64,000 bases of DNA from Escherichia coli (GCF_003790525.1 NZ_CP033635.1); one strand, 5' to 3'. Positions 11,395-18,045 are shown, counted from the stretch's first letter. Numbers and translations are program-made. The notes: generated from the sequence alone by a model not told the origin.

Positions 11395-11746
11395 GGTTCA
11401 CCTCCAGTTCAGGTTTACGCGCTTTACGAGTACCTGATTTGATCAACACAATCCCGGCGACCAGGGTGGTTAACCCGGCAATTTTCATCAGCGATAAACT
11501 TTCGTCGAATAACAAAACGCTAAACAAGGTAATAAATAAAATACCGATACCTTCCCACAGCGCATAAGCCACGCCTAAGGCGATCTTTTTAACGGCGAAA
11601 GAGAGAAATATATACGACAGAGAAATCATCACCAGCATTAAAATAAAGCCGCCATTTCCCTCACTGACGCTCGCCCATTTCATAGACAGCGTACCGGTAA
11701 TTTCTGTAGCAATAGCCAGACCTAATAAAATCCAATAAATATACAT
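11381..11746 (-). CDS. mdtJ: SMR-family spermidine exporter subunit
   Basis: 121 aa, 4 TM. Confidence 0.95.
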
Positions 11747-12157
11747 TGTCCTTCTCCTGCAAGAGAATTATTTTAATTTTCGCTTAATTCAGCGAAACCA
11801 AAGTAAAGTGGTCAAGCCCCGCGCATAGCGCAAGCTTAAGCAGGAGAAAGGACTAAAGCGCGTTGCGCCAGTGCTGCTCACCTACGAGCAAGATAGTGGA
11901 TGAGGTACGAAGATGGGTAAATGTAGAAAATAACGTCCTGAACAAATTGTCCATAATATTACAATTATCCGCAGTGTTGCTTCTCGTCATCGCGGATGAT
12001 AATTGTCCTCGGTAGTTGAACACGCCTGATTTGTATCATAGCTTAAGAATTAACTCAAAATATTTTCACTTCTTTACCTGAGCGGTTTGATTTTCGTTAT
12101 GATGACGGAGCGAAAAAGACATTATTATTAGCAAAGGAAGAAAAAACGGGGACAAGC

Positions 12158-12322
12158 ATGGCAAAGCCGATCATCACGCTCAATGGCCTAAAAATCGTCA
12201 TTATGTTGGGAATGCTGGTCATTATTCTCTGCGGTATCCGTTTTGCCGCCGAGATCATCGTGCCGTTTATTCTCGCATTATTTATTGCTGTTATATATAA
12301 CTTATTTCGCTTAACTAATTGA
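12158..12322 (+). pseudogene. tqsA: tqsA 5' fragment (AI-2 exporter). The first ~46 codons are native, then 8 island-encoded codons and a stop.
   Basis: [45 protein letters not shown] matches the remembered TqsA N-terminus. The frame leaves tqsA sequence at 12294/12295. Confidence 0.9.
12286..12294 (+). repeat. attL core (TGCTGTTAT)
   Basis: Identical 9-mer at 23720..23728. The two tqsA halves rejoin in frame across it (..[11 protein letters not shown]..). Confidence 0.8.
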
Positions 12323-12365
12323 TTTAATTAAATAATTTGCACTACAAAAAGTGCCAAAAATCGCA

Positions 12366-12423
12366 AATTAACTACACCATTAACTACACCGTTCGGCGCA
12401 CTGTATGAAACAACGTGGAACAA
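12366..12423 (+). repeat. Arm module, left end: AATTAACTACACC ATTAACTACACC, then 19 nt, then ACAACGTGGAACAA
   Basis: The same two-part module recurs in the same orientation at 23567..23624, next to int. Probable arm-type Int/RDF binding sites. Confidence 0.6.
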
Positions 12424-13466
12424 ATAGACACAAGCGGCAGGCTATACCGTTATCATTTTTCAGCTATCCGTCATGAAGCTGGTGGATGATCACGGATAAC
12501 CAGGCATCTACAGCGCCTTAAAAAGCTGAACCCGACAAACATTTCTGCTTATCGGGTCCGATCGCTCTTTCTACTCGTGGCAGATGAGTTTACTAGGAAG
12601 GGGGGAACATTGTATCAGGCTATCCCCTTTCTGTGCTGATTCGGCTGGTGAATGATCTACTTGGGGCACTACACTTTTCGGATAGTGCGGGTATCCGGTT
12701 TTCTGCCTCATCGAATTTTAAGCCTTCTGACGGCCTGTATATCATTTCCTGTGGAGTTGCCGCCCTGATAGCGAATACTGCGGCAGCATGTGATTTACCC
12801 CCCGTTCTGTTGATGTTTGATGTGGCTGGTTGATGTGCTGCCATGTTTTCCGCCAATGGTGGAAAAGCCCACCAGCGCAACGCAGGACGCATAAAACCAT
12901 TGCGATGACTCTGGACGCAAAACCACGTTTAACGATGTTTTGCACTGAACCAGAATACTGTTCGTTTTTGTCTCGATGTCCGTACGTATTACGTCCGCAC
13001 CTAATCCGGCATCATGCCCACCAGCGTAACGCATTTTTTTAATTTCGTGGCTGTGCGTCCACCAGCTACGCCGGAATGGGGTATTCCGTTTCAACGGAAC
13101 AGGTATGACGAACATAATCGCACCTTCTCCCGAAAACGGTGCGACCTGCATCATCGAAATGGTGATTCAGCTACTCGGCGATTTTCACCATTCAGAATCT
13201 GGCGGGTGAGTTATCCAGCTTCCACCAATGGGGGATTCTGGAACAATCAACGGGTTACGCCTTATCAGCAAAAAAGCACATCAACTGTAAAGGAAATCGT
13301 TATGGTTGCTGGTGGGCTGCGTCACCATCATGGTGATGATGCTGTCCAGTCAGCCGGAACGGTTGAACAGGGTGGCTATGGGTCACTCTGTTGTGCGTTA
13401 TTTGCGTGATCCTGGTACGGGGTGACTATCTTTCAGATAGTCGGTTGCCTGGTTACACGAAAAAAT
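12424..13466. other. ORF-poor, Chi-rich segment at the integrase-distal end of the island
   Basis: Only short, mutually overlapping ORFs (131 aa or less) in all six frames. Five Chi octamers: + strand at 12478 and 13308; - strand at 12869, 13018 and 13059. 18-bp direct repeat GCCCACCAGCG(C/T)AACGCA at 12867 and 13016. Confidence 0.6.
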
Positions 13467-13838
13467 TTACTTCCTGCGTTTATCCTGCTTTGTATGCCCG
13501 TGCTGAATGCCCCGCAGTGGATCTTCTTTTTTCAGGTCGATCCCCATGTCCGTTAGTGTTTTTGTGGCGGCGGTTCTTATGGCACAAATCAGGTCTCTTT
13601 CCGGTTCCCGGGTTATGGTTGCCTTCCGGATGCATGCCGTTCGTCGTTCCGTTACATACTGACGCGCTTCATCACTTGCCGCCTGTTTCAGTAACTCACC
13701 CCAGCGATTAGCCGCCCGTCGCCATAAACCTTTCGCTTCCAGTTCTTCCGCTTTGTCATCATGCACCATAAGCATAATCCCATTGATACCTGTTAACTCT
13801 GAATGGTTGGTTTCTGTTCTTTTGATAATTTCCCGCAT
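13467..13838 (-). CDS. PerC-family transcriptional regulator (copy 2)
   Basis: Core MVHDDKAEELEAKGLWRRAANRWGELL is the PerC/Pch signature and parallels the paralog at 17352..17624. The internal ATG at 13769 (100 aa) may be the true start. Confidence 0.7.
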   Translation of the reverse strand: MREIIKRTETNHSELTGINGIMLMVHDDKAEELEAKGLWRRAANRWGELLKQAASDEARQYVTERRTACIRKATITREPERDLICAIRTAATKTLTDMGIDLKKEDPLRGIQHGHTKQDKRRK

Positions 13839-13840
13839 AG

Positions 13841-13872
13841 CTTATTGTATGACAGTACTGTCCCACAATAAG
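13841..13872. promoter_or_regulatory. 32-bp nested palindrome in the divergent perC2 / orf96 control region
   Basis: CTTATTGTatGACAGTACTGTCccACAATAAG. Overlaps the aaggag RBS of the 13884 ORF. Confidence 0.5.
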
Positions 13873-13883
13873 GAGTTGCACGC

Positions 13884-14174
13884 ATGAGAATGACTAGGCA
13901 CAAAAAACAGATTCTTGAACTCTACAAACCTGAGTATCGCGATTGGGTGCGGGTGGAGGCCGGAGATCCGCCTTTTGATGTTCGTGGTGTGACAGTGCTG
14001 CTCTATGGTTCCGAATATCGGCGATATCACATAGAGGCAACACGAAGGACGCTAAACGCTATGGTTCGTGATAAGTTGCTGGAGCGTGTGAAAGTCCGTG
14101 AGCCACGTTTTGATGTGCGTATTGGTGGCGATGGTGCGCATTGCACGGTAATCCGCTATGGCCTGGTAAGGTAA
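13884..14174 (+). CDS. Hypothetical protein, 96 aa (island cargo)
   Basis: ATG preceded by aaggag. No family recognised. Confidence 0.6.
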   Translation: MRMTRHKKQILELYKPEYRDWVRVEAGDPPFDVRGVTVLLYGSEYRRYHIEATRRTLNAMVRDKLLERVKVREPRFDVRIGGDGAHCTVIRYGLVR

Positions 14175-14204
14175 GCCATCGGGTAAATCAGATGATTAAA
14201 TCAC

Positions 14205-14226
14205 CAGAATGTAAATTTACATTCTG
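14205..14226. terminator. Perfect 22-bp palindrome between convergent ORFs
   Basis: cagaatgtaaatttacattctg. No clear T-tract. Confidence 0.4.
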
Positions 14227-14276
14227 CCAGCCACCAGCTACCCTCCTCAAAATTGAGGACCCTTTTTATCAACTGG

Positions 14277-14558
14277 TTACCGCCGCAACCGTTCCGGCTT
14301 CTTCCACTGATAAGTGTTTTTCGCGCTCTCCTGATACATCGCCACGCGTCGACGGTATGCCAGCAACTCTAGTACTCTGATTCGTATGTCGCGCATATCC
14401 ACGCCGTTAAGCTCAATACCATCACGGCGCATTACATCAGCAACAACACGCACATAATTTTCGGCGGTCACGCTGTCCGGCTGCGTGGCCTGTTCGTCAT
14501 GCTGCTGGCTGATTCCGGTAACGCGGCGGATTAATCCCAGTAGTTCGACTTCTGTCAT
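14277..14558 (-). CDS. Hypothetical protein, 93 aa
   Basis: Track ORF 14277..14756 runs through the cos/cosB DNA. The internal ATG at 14558 (MTEVELLGLIRRV...) lies just past cos copy 1. Confidence 0.55.
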   Translation of the reverse strand: MTEVELLGLIRRVTGISQQHDEQATQPDSVTAENYVRVVADVMRRDGIELNGVDMRDIRIRVLELLAYRRRVAMYQESAKNTYQWKKPERLRR

Positions 14559-14591
14559 TGTGCCCCCATCGCTCTGATAGTCTGGTGTCGT

Positions 14592-14656
14592 CGGGTCCTT
14601 TCCGGCATGTGGACCCGTTACGGGGCGTCGACCTCGCGCGTTTTCACTATTTATGA
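14592..14656 (+). other. Lambda-like cosQ-cosN, copy 1; predicted 12-nt cohesive end GGGCGTCGACCT at 14623..14634
   Basis: GGGTCCTTTCCGG..CCGTTACGGGGCGTCGACCTCGCGCGTTTTCACTATTTATGA closely parallels my recollection of lambda cos (..GGGTCCTTTCCGGTGATCCGACAGGTTACGGGGCGGCGACCTCGCGGGTTTTCGCTATTTATGAAAA). Confidence 0.8.
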
Positions 14657-14672
14657 AAATTTTTCGGGATCC

Positions 14673-14769
14673 ATGTCCGGTTTCTCTGCAAGTTAACCAT
14701 ATGAAAAATATAAAAACATGCTTTCCATGAACCGGACATGCGCAAAAAACAGACACTAAAACCGGACAT
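14673..14769 (+). repeat. cosB-like array: three AACCGGACAT sites (14673..14682 inverted, 14730..14739, 14760..14769) around an A/T-rich spacer
   Basis: Position just after cosN, and the one-inverted plus two-direct layout, mimic lambda R3-I1-R2-R1 with a different site sequence. Confidence 0.6.
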
Positions 14770-14837
14770 CGAACCAGTTAACCGAAAGTGTGCACAAATC
14801 ACATTCATTGCTGCGAGTGATTAACAAGTTATCGGCT

Positions 14838-15272
14838 TTACTGTTCTGTATCGGCTGATTGCTCCATGCTGGCACGGCGAACGCTTACGGCATGACGCCA
14901 CCCAGCCAGAAAGCCAGCCATTTTATTTCGTGCCTTGCTCACATCTTCCGGTGAATAGCCGTAAATATGCAAACCTTCATCAAATCGATGTTCTGTTTCT
15001 TCACTGGAGTACTCGTCACGCTCAGATGAAAGCAGCCTCGCAAACATAATTTTTTCCAGCGCACTGGTTTCTACGTGATATCCGATGGTCTGAAGATGGC
15101 TTTTACCTGAATACCAAAGCAATGTATGCCCGATGTGATAACCGCCAGACTTTCCGCGATCCGCATTAAGATACGGCATCCCCTGTTTGGTCCATGCGCG
15201 AATAGTGGTTCTGTTAACCTTGAAATGTTCAGCTATTTCCTGCTGACTTACAAAACAAGCTTTATCAATCAT
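14838..15272 (-). CDS. Nu1-like small terminase / packaging-specificity protein (N-terminal wHTH)
   Basis: VSQQEIAEHFKVNRTTIRAWTKQGMPYL aligns by eye with lambda Nu1 VNKKQLADIFGASIRTIQNWQEQGMPVL. Starts 67 nt downstream of cos copy 2, the lambda cos-Nu1 arrangement. The C-terminal half is not recognisably Nu1-like. Confidence 0.75.
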   Translation of the reverse strand: MIDKACFVSQQEIAEHFKVNRTTIRAWTKQGMPYLNADRGKSGGYHIGHTLLWYSGKSHLQTIGYHVETSALEKIMFARLLSSERDEYSSEETEHRFDEGLHIYGYSPEDVSKARNKMAGFLAGWRHAVSVRRASMEQSADTEQ

Positions 15273-15339
15273 AATGTTACCTTAACTGCATGGTTAAATA
15301 TCAATCAAGTGGTGGTGGTGTCACCTTCACGGAAAAACG

Positions 15340-15404
15340 TCATAAATAGCGAAAACGTGCGAGGTCGACGCCCCGTAACGGGTCCACATGCCGGAAAGGA
15401 CCCG
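15340..15404 (-). other. Lambda-like cosQ-cosN, copy 2 (inverted); cohesive-end sequence at 15362..15373
   Basis: Reverse complement of 14592..14656 with 2 mismatches in 65 nt. No AACCGGACAT sites between it and the Nu1-like start. Confidence 0.8.
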
Positions 15405-15429
15405 CAAAAAAAGCCGGATTTCTCCGGCC
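15405..15429 (-). terminator. Rho-independent terminator after the capsid operon
   Basis: Minus strand reads GCCGGA-gaaa-TCCGGC followed by TTTTTTT. Nearly identical hairpin at 17322..17345. Confidence 0.7.
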
Positions 15430-15502
15430 TTGTCTCAGATGGTTTTCAGTATGCGATAGATGTCGCCGTCATCGCCCTGGTTTGTGCCATCGTTCCCCCT
15501 GC

Positions 15503-15838
15503 TTATCGGGCCAGCGGCTGAACGGATACGCCGGAACCCGCAAAGGCGGCGCATTTTTTCGCATCGGTGTCGACGCTCTCAGGCCAGTTAACGGCGGCAA
15601 TATTGAATATCCCCGTCTTGTAACACTGTGCTGATTTCTGCTTTGACGTGTCCACAGGGTACGAGGTCAGATAAACAGCCTTGCCAGATTCCTTACCATC
15701 CCACGCCTTAAACTCGCCATTGTCTGCCAGCATCAGCGGGGTAAATTCCTGAATAACGCCAGCATCAGCGGCAAAATGTACCAGCGTCGTGGATACCTGT
15801 TGGCTGCCTGAAAATAACTCAATGTATGGAGCGTCCAT
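15503..15838 (-). CDS. Head decoration protein (lambda gpD-like)
   Basis: 111 aa. TPLMLADNGEFKAWDG and AAFAGSGVSV parallel gpD TPLMLDTSSRKLVAWDG and TAFAGTAISIV. Confidence 0.8.
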   Translation of the reverse strand: MDAPYIELFSGSQQVSTTLVHFAADAGVIQEFTPLMLADNGEFKAWDGKESGKAVYLTSYPVDTSKQKSAQCYKTGIFNIAAVNWPESVDTDAKKCAAFAGSGVSVQPLAR

Positions 15839-15849
15839 AGAATCCCCCG

Positions 15850-16905
15850 TTAAGCAATTTTGACGGTAACAAATTTGCGAATATCTGCCGGTACAGGCTG
15901 CGGTGCGCTGTGCGTCTGCACGTACTCAATCGCCGGATCGCCGTCCTCAATCCAGTTTTTCGGGTAGTACATGTTTTGCGTTGCGCCCGTTCTTACCGCT
16001 TCCTGATCCATAATCGCACCATATGCCACCAGCCCTTTATTGTTGGTGTTACCCAGGACCAGCAAATCAGGCTCAAGGAAATATTTTTCGGTCCCGTCGC
16101 TGTCAGTGTATTTGCCGGAATAGACGATAAGGGCCAGATCACCAAGATAGCCTTTAAAGCTCACCACTTCGCCCAGGTTTTTACAGGCCAGCTCGGCGGC
16201 GGATTCTGATCCACGGGAAAGATCGTACAGTTCACGGAATTTTTTAAAGCTGCGTAATGTGCGCCATACCTCACCGCCCATAATCATGACGTTGGCGGGG
16301 CAACCTGCCTGATCAGCATAAAGCTCGATGTCATAGATTGGGTCGTGCATGTCTTTATCCTGCTGGGACCATTTTTTACCACTGGCCTGCTGTATGATGC
16401 AGTTTTCCGGTATTTTCCAGTCGATTTCATAGCGTTCTATGCCTTCGCCCTCAATGATGTTTTTTCCGGTCGTTACCGCATTCACCGCCAGCCATTCCAC
16501 GCGCGCCTTAATGGCGTTTATCTGGCGGCGCATGTTGCCAGTAATCAGGCGCATACGGCGGTAAGTTGGATCGTTAAGCTGTGCCGGATCTTCTCCATCC
16601 ATGCGCATGATGGTCTTTGTTGGATCGATTTCGTGCTTTGGCTTCATGTAGCCTGGTTTAATCGTGCTGGTTTCGTACCCTTTATCGCGCTGGACCTGAC
16701 TACCCACCATAGGAGAACAGAACGCTGACATCGTAACCTCTTCAATGTCCAGGGTGTCCAGCATGATGTTTTGGGTGTTGAAGGTCGCCACGTTCGGGAA
16801 AAACAGCGTGGTAAACAGCGGACTAAATTTATATTCCGAAATATCCCCGCGATTCAGGTACGCGAAAAGCTGGTTAGTTGTAAGTGCCTTTGCTTTGCCT
16901 GTCAT
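15850..16905 (-). CDS. Major capsid protein (lambda gpE family)
   Basis: 351 aa. PGYMKPKHEIDP and YYPKNWIEDGDPA parallel gpE PGYVKPKHEVNP and RYPKNWVTTGDPA. Confidence 0.9.
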   Translation of the reverse strand: MTGKAKALTTNQLFAYLNRGDISEYKFSPLFTTLFFPNVATFNTQNIMLDTLDIEEVTMSAFCSPMVGSQVQRDKGYETSTIKPGYMKPKHEIDPTKTIMRMDGEDPAQLNDPTYRRMRLITGNMRRQINAIKARVEWLAVNAVTTGKNIIEGEGIERYEIDWKIPENCIIQQASGKKWSQQDKDMHDPIYDIELYADQAGCPANVMIMGGEVWRTLRSFKKFRELYDLSRGSESAAELACKNLGEVVSFKGYLGDLALIVYSGKYTDSDGTEKYFLEPDLLVLGNTNNKGLVAYGAIMDQEAVRTGATQNMYYPKNWIEDGDPAIEYVQTHSAPQPVPADIRKFVTVKIA

Positions 16906-17111
16906 TATTCACCTCCGTGAACCTGATTGATACCCAGCGCCGCACGCAAATAGGTGCGCACCTGCCAGCCTGTTGACGGCTCAACCATCGCCAGCGGATC
17001 AAGTCCTGCCGCAATGCCTGCTTTTACATTCTGCTGGTGGCGTTCCTTGAGCGCCTCCACGATGTCGGGGCTTATGTAGACCGTCACCCCGCCTTTTTTC
17101 TCTTCTGCCAT
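16905..17111 (-). CDS. Hypothetical 68-aa protein, first gene of the capsid operon
   Basis: Stop overlaps the MCP start (TAATG). aagaggaa RBS. Confidence 0.6.
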   Translation of the reverse strand: MAEEKKGGVTVYISPDIVEALKERHQQNVKAGIAAGLDPLAMVEPSTGWQVRTYLRAALGINQVHGGE

Positions 17112-17145
17112 AGTCAGAAATTCCTCTTTGACTTAAAAAATCATA

Positions 17146-17195
17146 ACTGGATGTTCATCCAGTCCTGATTATAATCATGATTGCATTTTGCGCAA
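17146..17195 (-). promoter_or_regulatory. Candidate sigma70 promoter of the capsid operon with an overlapping 18-bp palindrome (CTG-N10-CAG)
   Basis: Minus strand: TTGCGC (17195..17190), 16 nt, TATAAT (17173..17168), then ACTGGATGAACATCCAGT (17163..17146). Confidence 0.5.
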
Positions 17196-17321
17196 CAATA
17201 TTGAGTTACGTTGCAAATTATGAAATGATTATCCCGATCATGTGTGTCAGTTCACCATAAAAAACCTCGTATACAAAAGCCCCATAAGCCCCCTGTGACC
17301 TTATCGGGCTTTTTTTAGGCG

Positions 17322-17345
17322 TAAAAAAGCCGGATTGCTCCGGCT
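17322..17345 (-). terminator. Rho-independent terminator after perC copy 1
   Basis: Minus strand reads AGCCGGA-gcaa-TCCGGCT followed by TTTTTT. A plus-strand hairpin with a T-run sits back-to-back at 17286..17317. Confidence 0.7.
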
Positions 17346-17351
17346 GTGTGC

Positions 17352-17624
17352 TCACTTCTGCGGGTAGTTGCGCCATATTGCTTTGCCAATACCAGCTATC
17401 CCCATTTGTTTTTCAGTGCGATTAACTGACCTTTTCAGAGCGCCTAAATCATCCGGCGGCTCCGGTGGCCTCTGTGCCTTACGGATACATTCCGCGCGAC
17501 GCATTGCCACCTGTTCGCGCTCCTTGTCTGTCTCCACCAGCCTCATAACTTCACCCCATCGCGCCGCCGCCCTCCGGTAAAAGCCTTTTGCCTCGAGTTC
17601 CTCCGCTATGCGGTCATGTACCAT
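17352..17624 (-). CDS. PerC-family transcriptional regulator (copy 1)
   Basis: 90 aa from MVHDRIAEELEAKGFYRRAAARWGEVM. Start is 11 nt after the ssb stop with a ggggg RBS. Track ORF 17352..17744 overlaps ssb. Confidence 0.75.
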   Translation of the reverse strand: MVHDRIAEELEAKGFYRRAAARWGEVMRLVETDKEREQVAMRRAECIRKAQRPPEPPDDLGALKRSVNRTEKQMGIAGIGKAIWRNYPQK

Positions 17625-17634
17625 CGTCACCCCC

Positions 17635-18045
17635 TCAGAACGGAATATCATCACCGTAAGGGTCATCGCCTCCCGCTGGTGGCTGATTACCCTGTGTGCC
17701 TGTGGTTTTGCGTCTGTTCCCGCCAGGACGTGCCGCACGGGCACTGATTACGCTGTCTGCAATAACCTGCCAGCCCTGCCGCGTTTCCCCGTTCTGTCCG
17801 GTCCACTGGCTGACCTGCATCGTGCCGGATACGCTGGCAACGTCGCCTTTTTGATGTTTAGCCAGAAAGTCGGCCTGTTTGCCAAATGCGATGACCGATA
17901 ACCATAACGTCGCCTGTCCGTCCTGTGCCTGGCCGCATGGTAAAGATACCGCCATACGCGCCAGCGTCATCGGTGTACCCTTACTGGTCTGTTTTACCTG
18001 CGGGTCGTCCACCAGCCGCCCGTAAGCTGCTATCTGTGCTGTCAT
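17635..18045 (-). CDS. ssb: Single-stranded DNA-binding protein
   Basis: 136 aa with an OB-fold N-terminus, a Gly/Pro/Gln linker and the acidic tail DDIPF. Confidence 0.85.
   Translation of the reverse strand: MTAQIAAYGRLVDDPQVKQTSKGTPMTLARMAVSLPCGQAQDGQATLWLSVIAFGKQADFLAKHQKGDVASVSGTMQVSQWTGQNGETRQGWQVIADSVISARAARPGGNRRKTTGTQGNQPPAGGDDPYGDDIPF

Noticed and set aside
12620-13409. Six short overlapping ORFs (60-131 aa) in the island cargo end, including a GGKS-like stretch suggestive of a P-loop
   Set aside because: None has an RBS or a recognisable domain. The frames overlap each other on both strands, and the putative P-loop lacks the GxxxxGK(S/T) spacing. The region is reported as ORF-poor rather than as CDSs.
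14277-15521. ORFs 14277..14756 (-) and 15126..15521 (+), which share the peptide NSEN(A/V)RGRRPVTGPHAGKDP
   Set aside because: The shared peptide is simply both copies of the inverted cos repeat being translated. The 5' part of the first ORF covers cosN/cosB DNA, and the second is antisense to the Nu1-like gene and crosses a terminator.
17286-17317. Plus-strand hairpin with a T-run upstream of the capsid promoter, as a second island sRNA
   Set aside because: I could not find a convincing plus-strand promoter within 100 nt upstream. It is more simply the other half of a back-to-back bidirectional terminator with 17322..17345.
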